A DNA stretch of 58,864 nt, from positions 1 through 58,864 of the forward strand of contig JANNXA010000042.1 in assembly GCA_031409275.1 (NCBI GenBank), written 5' to 3'. This document shows, piece by piece, positions 29,165-39,047 of this stretch (the first letter of the stretch is position 1; every line of letters starts with the position of its first letter). The notes beneath the pieces were generated by a model. It searched no databases, was not told the origin of the DNA, and saw nothing but the letters and a program-made list of their open reading frames with translations. The position numbers were made by a program, and so were the translations under genes. Origin of the DNA: Planctomycetota bacterium (GTDB taxonomy: Bacteria > Planctomycetota > B15-G4 > SIAN01).

Positions 29165-30352
29165 ATGGGACGGAATGGGGTGACGTCACGACGAGGCGCC
29201 GGCCGGAGCGGCTGGCGCGGATGGCGGACCGGTCTCCTGTTGCTGATGGCGAACTGCGGCACGACGCCAGCCGTCGACCCGGCCGGCGATCCGCGAGATC
29301 TGTCACGCCGGATCGCGACCACGGTGACGCGCGTGCTCAACGAACGGCAGATCCCCGGTGCAGTGGTCAGTGTCGGACAGGGCCACCACTTCCTCCAGCA
29401 GTACGCCTTTGGGTGGCGCGACCTCGCTCTGCATGAACCGATGACATGCGACACGCTCTTCCCGGTGGGTTCGATCACCAAGCCGATGACCTCCGCCGCG
29501 TTGGCGAGCCTGATCGAACAGGGCCGCCTGACGTGGGAGACCCCGCTCCGCGAGGCGCTTTCCCCAGGCCTCGAGCTGCCAGCGGAGGTCGGCGCGATCA
29601 CGTTGCGGCAGCTCGCCGCGCACACGTCGGGATTGCCGGCGCTGCCCCACAACTGGACGACGTCCGTGAAACCGCTCGCGGCGGACGGCGCCGCTCCGCA
29701 CGCGTACACGAACCACGACCTGATCGAGGCACTGCGCACGGCGACGCTTGCGCCCGTCGCTCGCGGCAAGTGCAGCTACTCCAACTTTGGCTCGGCGCTG
29801 CTCGGCGTCGTGCTCGAGCAGGCGAGCGGCCGTTCGTTCGCCGCGGCGTTGGAAGCGTTGCTCTTCGAGCCGGCGGGCATGCGCGAGAGCGGCATCGCGG
29901 CCGGCCCCGCCCACGCGGCTCGCATGGCTCACGGCTACTCATGGGGCGAACGGCGCCTCGTGGCGCAGTCGCACACGACGTTCGGCGACGTCGCCTCGGT
30001 CGGCGGCGTCTACTCGAGCGCGGCCGACCTCACCCGTTTCTGCGCGGCGCAGCTCGATGGCGGCCCGTGGCGCCGCGAGACGCTCGCCGACCTGCACCGA
30101 CCGATCGCGAGCGTCCAGGGCTTCGCCGGCCGCGCCTCCACCACCGGTTGGTTCCTCGAGACCATCGACGGCTTCGGCCACCTGCTCGCCCACGTCGGCG
30201 AGATCGACGGCATCAGCAGCTGCATCGCCATCGACCTCGCGACCGGCACCCACCTCGTCATCCTCGCCAACGCCGACGGAAACGCCGCCGAGCTGATCGC
30301 CCGCGCGCTGATGCAACAGCTCGGGCGCAGCGACGGGACGTGGCGGCTGTAG
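29165..30352 (+). CDS. Serine hydrolase, class C beta-lactamase family
   Basis: FPVGSITK (SxxK), LAAHTSG, YSN, GGVYSSAADL, HVG; start uncertain. Confidence 0.88.
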   Translation: MGRNGVTSRRGAGRSGWRGWRTGLLLLMANCGTTPAVDPAGDPRDLSRRIATTVTRVLNERQIPGAVVSVGQGHHFLQQYAFGWRDLALHEPMTCDTLFPVGSITKPMTSAALASLIEQGRLTWETPLREALSPGLELPAEVGAITLRQLAAHTSGLPALPHNWTTSVKPLAADGAAPHAYTNHDLIEALRTATLAPVARGKCSYSNFGSALLGVVLEQASGRSFAAALEALLFEPAGMRESGIAAGPAHAARMAHGYSWGERRLVAQSHTTFGDVASVGGVYSSAADLTRFCAAQLDGGPWRRETLADLHRPIASVQGFAGRASTTGWFLETIDGFGHLLAHVGEIDGISSCIAIDLATGTHLVILANADGNAAELIARALMQQLGRSDGTWRL

Positions 30353-30404
30353 GAACGGTCGAATCGGCGAACGGCGAGGTCGCGCCGCGGTGCGCCACGG
30401 GAGG

Positions 30405-31166
30405 TCAGCCCGCGCGCGGACGAGCGAGGATCACGCGATTCATGCGCGTGATCTCCGGCGAGACGCTCGACCAGCGCACGTGGAAGCCCGCCGCCTCCAG
30501 CCGATAGGTCCGGTCGACGTCGACGGCCAACGCTCCGAGCGCCTGCTTCAGCGCCGGTGGCGCCGCCGACGTGCCGACCGGGTGGCAGCAGGGCATCAGC
30601 GCGACCGGCATGCGAGTGGCGATCGCGAGGTCGATCACTCGATCGCTCTTCTCGCCGCACGCATGCACCGCCACCAACCCGGCCGTCGGCGGGATGCGCT
30701 TCGACGCATTGCGCAGCTGCGCCTCGACGTAGTCGATGCGTCCCGCCGTCCATGGCGCCGTTGCGGCCGCCGCCGCGAGGATGCGATCGAAGCTACCCGG
30801 CCGCCGGCGATCGAGCACCAGCGCCCGGTCGACGGTCGGCTCGAACATGACGAAGAGCGCTGCGACCAGGCCGTGCCCGCCGCACAAGTCGGCGACGACC
30901 GGTGCGCGCACGTGCTTGCGCGCCAGCGCGAAGAACTCGAAGGCCTCGACGATCTCGCGGAACACCGTGGCCCGGTGCGCACACAACTCGCGCGCGAAGC
31001 GGTCGGCGAGGCCGTCGCCCGGGAAGTCGACCGCGTCGCTGGGCGCGACTCGCCGGCGCCGATCGACGCCCTTCGCGTTGGCGGGATCGTTGAACTGCTT
31101 CAGGAAGCGGAAGCTGGCGCCCCCCTGCAGCTCATCCGCGACGCCATCGACGACGGTGGCGCGCAT
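30405..31166 (-). CDS. SAM-dependent methyltransferase-domain protein
   Basis: VADLCGGHGL, AVHACGEKSD, LMPCCH; TGATG overlap with upstream gene. Confidence 0.75.
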   Translation of the reverse strand: MRATVVDGVADELQGGASFRFLKQFNDPANAKGVDRRRRVAPSDAVDFPGDGLADRFARELCAHRATVFREIVEAFEFFALARKHVRAPVVADLCGGHGLVAALFVMFEPTVDRALVLDRRRPGSFDRILAAAAATAPWTAGRIDYVEAQLRNASKRIPPTAGLVAVHACGEKSDRVIDLAIATRMPVALMPCCHPVGTSAAPPALKQALGALAVDVDRTYRLEAAGFHVRWSSVSPEITRMNRVILARPRAG

Positions 31167-32113
31167 CACTTGCGGGGCGTGCCTGGCTCGACGACCCCGT
31201 TGGTCGTGAGCAGTTGGAAGTGATGGACGCGATGCGGCCCCGTGTAGCTCCAGACGACGCGCTTCTCGGGCGTCACTTCGAACAGCTTTATGCCATTCGC
31301 CGCCGTCTGCGCGTAGCAGGCGACCGCGGTGTTGCCGTTGGCGAGCCGTTGCACGCCGCAGGCATCGGCGATCGGAGCGCCGGGCAGATCGCCGTTGTCG
31401 AGCCGCCAAGCGACCTTGCCGGACGGATCGAACTCGACCACCTTGTTGCCGTGCGTGAGCCCGACCAAGGTGTTGCCGGAGTCGAGGCGGATCGCCGTGA
31501 ACGGCCAGTTCTCCGCCGCCCGGCCACCGAGCTCCGGGAGGTCCGTGCGCAGCGTCGCCACGACGGAGCCGTTGGCCGCGTACTCCTTCACCTGGAACGC
31601 CAGCAGGTGCGGGACAAGGTAGCTGCCCGACGCCAACTGGCGAGCCATGCGCGTCTGCATGTGGGCGTTGTCGGTCTCAGGCTGCAGCGCGACGGTGACC
31701 ACCGCCTTGCCCGCCGCGTCGACTTCAAGAAGGCGCGGGGACTTGCCGAGCTCGGTCACCAGGGTCCGGCCCGATGGCAGCCGCTGCGCGGTGCCGATCT
31801 CCTGGTTGTCCGCTGACAAGTCGTAACGGAACACGAGCTCGCCCTGCGGCGTCGTCTCGACGACGAACTTGGCGAACGCCACCAGCACGTGGCCATTCGG
31901 CAGCACCCAACCATCGCGGGCGCCCGGCTGCAGCGCGTCCCACTGATCGCGCCCGTCCTCACCGACGATGCCGGTGAAGTCGGGGCCGGCGACGAAGAAC
32001 GAGTGGGCGATCGGCGCCGCGAGCGGCGCAGCCGGCGGCGGCTCTTGCGCCGGCGCGCCCGATTCGCGCGACCCCACGAGACCGGCGAGCAAGATCGACA
32101 AGGCGACGCGCAT
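31166..32113 (-). CDS. Secreted beta-propeller protein (PQQ-like/arylsulfotransferase-like)
   Basis: Signal peptide; repeated 'RL.(N/S)GNTL' and 'E.d..GKV.W' blades. Confidence 0.65.
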   Translation of the reverse strand: MRVALSILLAGLVGSRESGAPAQEPPPAAPLAAPIAHSFFVAGPDFTGIVGEDGRDQWDALQPGARDGWVLPNGHVLVAFAKFVVETTPQGELVFRYDLSADNQEIGTAQRLPSGRTLVTELGKSPRLLEVDAAGKAVVTVALQPETDNAHMQTRMARQLASGSYLVPHLLAFQVKEYAANGSVVATLRTDLPELGGRAAENWPFTAIRLDSGNTLVGLTHGNKVVEFDPSGKVAWRLDNGDLPGAPIADACGVQRLANGNTAVACYAQTAANGIKLFEVTPEKRVVWSYTGPHRVHHFQLLTTNGVVEPGTPRK

Positions 32114-32232
32114 GGCCGAGCACGATAGCCGTCGAGCAGCGAGTGGCGTCGCGCTGCAGTCCGCACCACCAGGTCGCGAGCGAGCGCCTAGCGGAACTGG
32201 CTCGTTCGCTCGGACGCGTGGATCACGCGGTG

Positions 32233-33423
32233 CTACTCAGGATCGAAGGTCGGCACGTCCAATTGCACACCGCCCTGCAGCGCCGACTCATGCGCGACGA
32301 TGCCGGGCACCGTCATCGCGAGTGACTCGTAGACGTCGATCACCGGCTCGCGATCCTCGGCGAGCGCGCTCACGAACTCGTGAGTGAGGTGCGGATGCGA
32401 GCCGCCGTGATGGCTGCCGACACGCAGCGGCTCCGGCAAAGACGCGGAGCGGTCGGGCAAGACGTCGCTCGTCGTGCCGTCCGCGGCGACGATGCGGAAC
32501 GGCTGGCCGCCTGACCCGGCCATGTAGAGCGACAGCGAGTCACCGAGCCACTGCGCGCGCTCGCCGTCGGCATTCACTTGCCAGAAAACGTTGCAGCGGC
32601 AAACGAATCCACGGCTGGTCCGGAAGAGCGCGGAGCCGTTCCAGAACGGATTCTTGTAGGCATTGTCGGCGAGCGCGTCATCGCCACTCCCCCAACCGAG
32701 CGCCGAGACCTTGGTCAACCGTTCGCCCGACACGCCCACCAGGAATGCGGTGGAGTGCGTCGGATAGAGCATCGGCGGATAGCCGTAGCGCCAGGTACGC
32801 TCGCCGTTCCAATGGGAGAGCTCATGGGTGTTGTGACCGATCCCGGGGTGGTAGTACTCGACCTCGGTGTAGACCAGCCGGCCGAACGCGCCCTGCTGAT
32901 GCAGCTCGCGCGCAAGGAGCGCCTCCGGTCGATACCAGCTCGTCTCGGCCATCATGTATTTGCGGCCGGTCCGCTTCTTGGCAGCAAGCACGGCTCGGCA
33001 TCCTTCGAGCGTATGCGCGACTGGCACGGCGGAGATCACGTGCTTTCCCGCCTCCATGCTCTGCACGACGTGATCGGCGTGGTTCGGCGCCTCCGTGAAG
33101 ATCGCCACGGCATCGAGCGAGTCGTCCTTGAGCAGCTCCGTCAACGACGGATAGACGACGTCGCAGCCATAGACACGCCTCAGGCGAGCGCGACGGTCCT
33201 CGCGCAGATCACTCACCGCCGCCACTTTGCAAAGCGGGTGGAGATGCCACTGGAACTCGGCGCCAAAACCGCCGCCCACGACGCCGAGCCGCACCGGCGG
33301 ACGAGGTCCAGAATGCAACGTCCGCGGCTGCACGACGATCGATGGAACGGTCGAGGCGACGGCGAGTGCACCCGCCTCACCGAGAAACTGCCTGCGCGAC
33401 AGAGAACGGCTCGAGTGATGCAT
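32233..33423 (-). CDS. Tat-exported Gfo/Idh/MocA oxidoreductase
   Basis: SRRQFL Tat motif, LGVVGGGFG, LDAVAIFT, GKHVISAVP, MMAET, YPTHS, HGGSH. Confidence 0.88.
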   Translation of the reverse strand: MHHSSRSLSRRQFLGEAGALAVASTVPSIVVQPRTLHSGPRPPVRLGVVGGGFGAEFQWHLHPLCKVAAVSDLREDRRARLRRVYGCDVVYPSLTELLKDDSLDAVAIFTEAPNHADHVVQSMEAGKHVISAVPVAHTLEGCRAVLAAKKRTGRKYMMAETSWYRPEALLARELHQQGAFGRLVYTEVEYYHPGIGHNTHELSHWNGERTWRYGYPPMLYPTHSTAFLVGVSGERLTKVSALGWGSGDDALADNAYKNPFWNGSALFRTSRGFVCRCNVFWQVNADGERAQWLGDSLSLYMAGSGGQPFRIVAADGTTSDVLPDRSASLPEPLRVGSHHGGSHPHLTHEFVSALAEDREPVIDVYESLAMTVPGIVAHESALQGGVQLDVPTFDPE

Positions 33424-33820
33424 GCGATCCTCCGGTTCGAAGCAAAGTCGCTGGGTGAGATCTCACAGCCTAATCCAGCTTCGCGCGCTGCTCGATCGCC
33501 CGCTCGATCTGGGCACGCCGCGACGCCGTCGCACCATTCGGTGGAGCCCGGAGGCAGCAGCGCCACCCGTCGGTCGGGAGGCTCGTTCGGCTCGGTGACG
33601 TGGCGAGTTGCTTCAGGCTCGTCGAGGCGCTGGACGGCGCTCTCCCTGACCTGTCCCTGATCGTTGCACCACACCTCAAATTGGACTCCGCGGGGGGCAC
33701 GGGTCCGGTGCGTTCGACGTCGGCGAACGACGCACCCTGCATCGGCGACGCAGCGGCGTTAGCGTGCTCCGGCTCGCAGGAACAACCGTCCCGAGCTCGG
33801 AGCCGACCGTGACCACGCGA

Positions 33821-34291
33821 ATGCAGAAGCGAATCGTGCTGTGCATCGCCGCAGGCGTGACCGGTGCAGGTCTTGCCGGCGCGTTCTTCTTCGGCTGTGC
33901 CGCACCTCGACCCTCGAATCTGGGGGCGCGGGCGGGACGGCTTTCGCCGTGCCCCGATTCCCCCAACTGCGTCTCGAGCGAGGCGGCGACGTCGAGTGAA
34001 CGCTACGTCCCGCCGCTCTCCTTCGAAGGCGGCGCGAATGACGCGTGGCAGCGCGCGCGAGAGGCGGCGCTTTCGCTGCCGGGGGCGCAGCTGGTCGAAG
34101 AGCGCGATGACTACCTCTGGATCGAGGTCACGACGCGTGCGCTGCGTTTCGTCGACGACCTCGAACTCCTGCTCGACGCCAACGAGCGGCGCATCGACGT
34201 GCGCTCGTCCTCGCGCGTCGGTTACTCGGACCTCGGCGCGAACCGGCGGCGCGTCGAAGCGCTGCGCGAGGAGTTCGAGCGGCAGCGTTGA
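33821..34291 (+). CDS. DUF1499 family protein
   Basis: LSPCPDSPNCVSS, FVDDLE, IDVRSSSRVGYSDLGANRRR. Confidence 0.9.
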   Translation: MQKRIVLCIAAGVTGAGLAGAFFFGCAAPRPSNLGARAGRLSPCPDSPNCVSSEAATSSERYVPPLSFEGGANDAWQRAREAALSLPGAQLVEERDDYLWIEVTTRALRFVDDLELLLDANERRIDVRSSSRVGYSDLGANRRRVEALREEFERQR

Positions 34292-34368
34292 GCCGCGAGT
34301 CGCACGCGCCCTCAACGAACGCCGACGCCGCCATCACCTGCCGAGCCACTCCGCGCACCGCCCCACCA

Positions 34369-34445
34369 TGGTGGACCCGCTGGGAGTCGAACCCAGCCAC
34401 TGCCGATTATGAGTCGGCTGCTCTGACCAACTGAGCTACGGGTCC
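34369..34445 (-). tRNA. tRNA with CAT anticodon, most likely tRNA-Ile2 (lysidine)
   Basis: GGACCCGTAGCTCAGTTGGTCAGAGCAGCCGACTCATAATCGGCAGTGGCTGGGTTCGACTCCCAGCGGGTCCACCA folds as a full cloverleaf with encoded CCA; C4:G69, C5:G68 and GACTCATAATC are Ile2-like. Confidence 0.93.
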
Positions 34446-34657
34446 GGGGCGCGCGTTCGCGAGAGGCTGGTTCATAGCGGGTCGGGCGCGAAGGCGAGCG
34501 GGAGCCGCGGCGTCGCGGCGACGAAACCGACCGCGATGGTCACAGTCGCGGCGCGGCTGCGTACGTGCGGGTCTTGCGGCAACGGGGCCGGCCTCGATCG
34601 ACGAGGGGCCGCGGATGCCGTCGTCGATTCGTCCCACCTGGACTAGGAGATCCGCTC

Positions 34658-35740
34658 ATGCGCCTGTTTTCGTTCCTGTTCGTGGCCGCCCTGGCGGCGC
34701 CCGCGAACGCCCAGACCGGCTCGCTCTTCACGATGACCAACGACGCGACGGCCAACGAAGTGGTCGTCTTCGCGCGCGCCAGCGACGGTTCGCTCGCCGA
34801 GACCTATCGCATCGCGACCGGTGGCCGCGGCAGCGGCGCCGGCCTCGGATCGCAGGGCGCCCTGGTACGCACTGACGATGGGCTCCACCTGCTGGCCGTC
34901 AACGCGGGCAGCAACGACCTCTCGGTCTTCGCCATCTCGGATGGACTGGTCCTCGAACTGCGCGAGATCGAACCGTCGATGGGAACGATGCCGACGAGCG
35001 TCTCGGCGCGCGGCGACCTCGTCTACGTACTGAACGCGGGCGGCACCAACAACGTCTCCGGCTTCCGTTTGTCGAACCTCGGCGACCTCACGCCGATCGC
35101 CGGATCGACCACGTTGCTCAGCGCCGCGAGCACGGCGCCAGCGCAGGTCGAGATCTCGCCCACCGGCGGCCGCGTTGTCGTGACGGAGCGCGCCACCAAC
35201 AAGATCGACCTGTTCGAGATCGACGCGAACGGCAAGCTCGGCATGCGAGTCGAGAACGCCTCGACCGGCGCGACGCCGTTCGGATTCGCCTACGCCAAGC
35301 GCGGCGTGCTGGTCGTCTCCGAGGCTTTCGGCGGCGCGCCAGGCCTGAGCGCCATGTCGACCTACCGGACGCGCGACGATGAGACGTTGAGCAACATCTC
35401 GGCGTCGGTCGGGACGCTGCAGAGCGCGGCGTGCTGGGTGGTCTTGACCCGCGACTTCCGCTTCGCCTACACGTCGAACACGGGCAGCGGGTCGATCACC
35501 GGCTACTCGATGACGCGCGACGGCGTGCTGCAGCGCCTCGATGCGAGCGGTGTCACCGGATCCACGGGACCGGGAAGCGGGCCGCTCGATATGGCGTTCA
35601 GCAACGGCGACGGCTTCCTCTACTCGCTCAACAGCGACGGGACGCTGAGCTCGTTCGCCGTGGAGTCGGACGGCAAGTTGACCGCGCTCGGGACCGTGGT
35701 TGGGCTGGCGCGCGGGATGGCCGGACTCGTCGCGCGCTGA
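34658..35740 (+). CDS. Secreted lactonase-family 7-bladed beta-propeller protein
   Basis: AGGAGA SD; signal peptide; TGGRG..LGSQG, LAVNAGSNDLSVF, VYVLNAGG, AACWV, AYTSNTGS. Confidence 0.85.
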   Translation: MRLFSFLFVAALAAPANAQTGSLFTMTNDATANEVVVFARASDGSLAETYRIATGGRGSGAGLGSQGALVRTDDGLHLLAVNAGSNDLSVFAISDGLVLELREIEPSMGTMPTSVSARGDLVYVLNAGGTNNVSGFRLSNLGDLTPIAGSTTLLSAASTAPAQVEISPTGGRVVVTERATNKIDLFEIDANGKLGMRVENASTGATPFGFAYAKRGVLVVSEAFGGAPGLSAMSTYRTRDDETLSNISASVGTLQSAACWVVLTRDFRFAYTSNTGSGSITGYSMTRDGVLQRLDASGVTGSTGPGSGPLDMAFSNGDGFLYSLNSDGTLSSFAVESDGKLTALGTVVGLARGMAGLVAR

Positions 35741-35764
35741 CGATCGCGGCGGTAAAGGATCACG

Positions 35765-35806
35765 AACGGGGAGCGGGGAAGACGAGCCCGCTCCTCGTTT
35801 TCGTTT
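35765..35806 (+). terminator. Intrinsic terminator between convergent genes
   Basis: Stem AACGGGGAGCGGG / CCCGCTCCTCGTT followed by TTCGTTT. Confidence 0.6.
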
Positions 35807-35810
35807 CCGG

Positions 35811-36623
35811 TCAGCGCCCCCACCACTCGCGGGACTGGTCGCGCAGCATCTCGAGCTTCATGCGCTCCATCGGCAGGATCGCCTCTTCCCGCCTTTGCGC
35901 TTCCACGCTCGACTCGAAGCGGCGCCACCCCGGCCGGACGCGCGCGCTCGATCCGGCTGCACTGACGATTTCGACCTCGCCTTCGAGCACGCACACGCAC
36001 GTCGTCTCCTGCTCGCGCCGGACGGCGAGCGTCGTTCCGACCACTCGAACGGTTGCCTCGCGACTCGTGACCTCGAGGGTCGCGCCACCGAAGCGCGGCC
36101 CCGAGGTGATTCGCACTTCGCCAGCGATCATCCGAATCGTGCCGCGCCGTCCCCACCATCGCGCAGGACGCTCGATCAGTTCGATTTCGGTGTCGCGAGC
36201 CAGCACCAGCGCGAGCTCTCCCGGCAACTGCAGCGTCAGCTCCGCATCGTGCGGCGAGCGCAAGGTCACTCCGTCGACGAGCCGCCGCGCCAGCTCGCCT
36301 TCGCTTCCGGCGACGTCCACGCCATCGACCTGCACGCGCCCGCCGACCTCGAGCGCTGCGACCTGCCACGGCTGCGGACGATTGGCCACGTAGCCCGTCG
36401 TCGCACCTCCGAGCAGCAGCGCCGCGGCGGCGACGCGCCAAAGTCGATGCGCGCTCGACGGCCGGACGGGCACCGGCACGGCCGACGCCGCCAGGAACTG
36501 CGCCTTCATGCGCGACTTGAAGTCCGGATCGGGGCGCTCGTCCGGCAGATGCGCGATCGCATCGCGCAGGCGCGGGTCGAGCGCGCTCTCGTCGCCATCT
36601 CGTGGATTGAGGTTGTCGCTCAC
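35811..36623 (-). CDS. FecR-domain anti-sigma factor
   Basis: Short N-terminus, TM helix, then GEVRI, VTSREATVRVVGT, VCVLEGEV; overlaps the ECF stop. Confidence 0.75.
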   Translation of the reverse strand: MSDNLNPRDGDESALDPRLRDAIAHLPDERPDPDFKSRMKAQFLAASAVPVPVRPSSAHRLWRVAAAALLLGGATTGYVANRPQPWQVAALEVGGRVQVDGVDVAGSEGELARRLVDGVTLRSPHDAELTLQLPGELALVLARDTEIELIERPARWWGRRGTIRMIAGEVRITSGPRFGGATLEVTSREATVRVVGTTLAVRREQETTCVCVLEGEVEIVSAAGSSARVRPGWRRFESSVEAQRREEAILPMERMKLEMLRDQSREWWGR

Positions 36624-37288
36624 GAGCGCATCCTCGCCAGCATGCGGCCCAACGCGTGAACGGCACGCGAATAGGCCTTCCGCGTCGCGGCCGGGGTCGC
36701 GCCGGTCTGCGCGGCCACCTCCTCGTGCGTCAGATTCGCGTAGTCGTGCATGAGGATCGCGGCTCGCGCCGGACCGGGCAACTCATGAAGCGCGGCACGC
36801 ACCTGCTCGATCTCCTCGCGACTCATCGCTCCCTCGACGGGAGTGGCGGCGCTCGTCGCCAGGTTCGCGGCAGCCGCCGGTGCTCCTTCCAGCGAACGGG
36901 AGCGGCGCTCGATTTGAGCGATCGCCGAACGTTGGTGATCACGGAAGGCGTTGCACGCGATCGTCACCAGCCACGGCCACGGATCGCGAGCGGGATCGAG
37001 CGACGCGCTGCCGCGCTGGACGCGCAGGAAGGTCTCCTGCGTGAGATCCTCGGCGGCATGCACGGAACCGGTCAGATGACGCGCCAACGCGTACAGACGA
37101 TCGAAGTAGCGCTCGAAGAACGCCGCCATGGCCATGCCATCGCGCGCACGGACCCCATGCAGATCGAGTGTGGCGGTAGTGACCACTTCGGGAGGGTGTA
37201 CGAGGCGCGCTCGCGAATGGGACAGGTCCGCCTGCGCGCGACCGCTTCGCAGAGGGGTTCCGTCCGGAATCGCCTCCGCGTCGCTCAC
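36620..37288 (-). CDS. ECF RNA polymerase sigma factor
   Basis: AEDLTQETFLRV, WPWLVTIACN, ALHELP, LTHEEVA, SRA; GTGA coupling to upstream gene (alternative start 37186). Confidence 0.9.
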   Translation of the reverse strand: MSDAEAIPDGTPLRSGRAQADLSHSRARLVHPPEVVTTATLDLHGVRARDGMAMAAFFERYFDRLYALARHLTGSVHAAEDLTQETFLRVQRGSASLDPARDPWPWLVTIACNAFRDHQRSAIAQIERRSRSLEGAPAAAANLATSAATPVEGAMSREEIEQVRAALHELPGPARAAILMHDYANLTHEEVAAQTGATPAATRKAYSRAVHALGRMLARMRS

Positions 37289-38118
37289 TCGAGGCTCTCG
37301 ATGCGGCGCGCAGCGGCTTCGATGCGCGCGCGGCGGGCGGCGTCGTCGCCGGCCGCGACCCGCGCACGAACGAGCAATCGTCGGGCGGAGAGGCGATCCC
37401 CATTGGCGGCGTCGAGCCGCGCGGCGTTCACCAACGCGCCGACGTGAGCGGGGTCGAGGTCGACGGCTCGTGCATAGCGCAGGCGGGCGCTGGCGGCGGT
37501 GCCGTTGCACTCGTCGATGAATCCCTGCTGGAACCACGCTTCGGCGCTTGGAGTGGCGCCGTCGAGCCACGGCGCGACGCGCGCGGCAGCGGCGGCGAGG
37601 TCGGGCGGATCCTGGGAAAGGTCGAGCGCAGCAAGGGCCAGCGCGGGGCGCGACTCGTCGGGCGCCAGCGCCGCCGCCGCGGCAAAGTCGGCACGCGCCT
37701 TCCCGCGCTCGCCCAGATGGGTCTGCAGCTCACCCGATTCGTACGCGAGCGCTGCATCACTCGGCGCCTGTTCGCGACGTCGAGTCACCAGCGCGAGAGC
37801 TTCGCGCTCGCGTCCGAGATGGCGCAAGAGCGCCGTCTTCTGGTCGAGCCAGCCGGCATCGCCGGGCGCGCTCGCAAGTTGCTCGTCGACCAGAGCGAGA
37901 GCGGCGCGAAAGCGACGCTGAGTGATCGCTTCGGCGACGGTCGCCTCGACACTGGCACGATCGGTCATGACCGGCGGCGGTGGCGGCGGCACTCCTTGGC
38001 AAGCCGAGAACGCCGCCATCGACACGAGCACGCCCGACCGCAGCGCGGCCCATGCGGCGCGTCGTGTCGTCGCCGTCCCGCTAGAACGCTTGCCGTTGCC
38101 GCCGTCGTTGCCGCTCAT
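37285..38118 (-). CDS. TPR lipoprotein
   Basis: FSAC lipobox, poly-Pro linker, TPR-like repeats (AAALAPD, AVDLDPAH). Confidence 0.7.
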   Translation of the reverse strand: MSGNDGGNGKRSSGTATTRRAAWAALRSGVLVSMAAFSACQGVPPPPPPVMTDRASVEATVAEAITQRRFRAALALVDEQLASAPGDAGWLDQKTALLRHLGREREALALVTRRREQAPSDAALAYESGELQTHLGERGKARADFAAAAALAPDESRPALALAALDLSQDPPDLAAAAARVAPWLDGATPSAEAWFQQGFIDECNGTAASARLRYARAVDLDPAHVGALVNAARLDAANGDRLSARRLLVRARVAAGDDAARRARIEAAARRIESLE

Positions 38119-38148
38119 GGGCGGCCATTGTGCCCGGTGGAGGCTCGC

Positions 38149-38841
38149 GTGTCGCGCGTTCGCGCCCTCTTCCTCGACGCCCACCACACCCTCTTTCGTG
38201 AATCGCCGCCGCGCGCGGCGATCTACGCCGAGGTGGCGCAGCGCCACGGCCTGAAGGTCGACCCGGCGGCGATCGCGAGGGCGATGCAGCACGCCTACGC
38301 GACGCTGCCGCAGCGCATCGGCGCCGCCTACCGTTACACGCGGCCGTGGTTCGTCCACTTCATCGATGCCGTCTTCGCGCAGGTAGGTGTGGCCGCGACC
38401 GATGCGCTGCGAGCGGACCTCTTCGAGCGGTTCGGCCGCGAGACCACCTTCGCCCTCTATCCCGACGTGTTGCCGCTGCTGCGCATGGCGCGCCCGCGCC
38501 TCGCGGTGATCGGCGTCATCAGCAACTGGGCTCCGACCCTCCCGGAGCTCCTGGAGCGACTCCAACTCGCAACGTGGTTCGACGTCGTCGTCGCCTCGGC
38601 AAGCGAGGAGTGCGAGAAGCCGGAGCGCAAGCTGTTCGAGCTCGCGCTTCAGCGCAGCGGCATCGCGCCGCATGAGGCGCTGCACGTGGGCGACCACCCC
38701 GTGAATGACCTCGCTGGCGCACGCAGTGCCGGAATGGAGGCGCGCCTGCTGCTGCGAGGCGTCGCGCTCGAAGCGGGCCGCGAAGCCGTGCCGCCCGGCG
38801 ACACGATCGCGACGCTCGCGGAACTCGACGCGCTGCTGTGA
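38149..38841 (+). CDS. HAD-IA hydrolase (REG-2/HDHD3-like)
   Basis: FLDAHHTL, VISNW, EKPERKLF, LHVGDHPVNDLAGA. Confidence 0.88.
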   Translation: MSRVRALFLDAHHTLFRESPPRAAIYAEVAQRHGLKVDPAAIARAMQHAYATLPQRIGAAYRYTRPWFVHFIDAVFAQVGVAATDALRADLFERFGRETTFALYPDVLPLLRMARPRLAVIGVISNWAPTLPELLERLQLATWFDVVVASASEECEKPERKLFELALQRSGIAPHEALHVGDHPVNDLAGARSAGMEARLLLRGVALEAGREAVPPGDTIATLAELDALL

Positions 38842-38869
38842 CGCGGACGGGAGTCGGCGGCCAACGGGC

Positions 38870-39037
38870 GGAGCCGCCCGTTGGAGAACTCGCCGCGAGT
38901 CGGGCGAGTGGATTTCGGGTCGGGACGAGGAGGAGGTTCGAAGCCAACTCCCCGGTGAGTTGTCGAGGAGCTCTGACGAAGTCTCGGCTTGAAAGACACC
39001 GCCGGGCGACACGGAGAGTTCTCCGACGGGCGGTTAG
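38870..39037 (+). repeat. 168-bp inverted-repeat-bounded long-hairpin element, copy 2
   Basis: AGCCGCCCGTTGGAGAACTC...GAGTTCTCCGACGGGCGGTT; colinear with the reverse complement of 7777-7944. Confidence 0.85.
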
Positions 39038-39047
39038 AAGGGGTCGC

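Noticed and set aside
33539..33560. attL/attR copy of the tRNA 3' end (GGTGGAGCCCGG vs GGTGGACCCGC)
   Set aside because: Match too short and gapped for a high-GC genome; no integrase
34369..34445. Initiator tRNA-fMet
   Set aside because: Has a paired G1:C72 and lacks the three consecutive G-C anticodon-stem pairs
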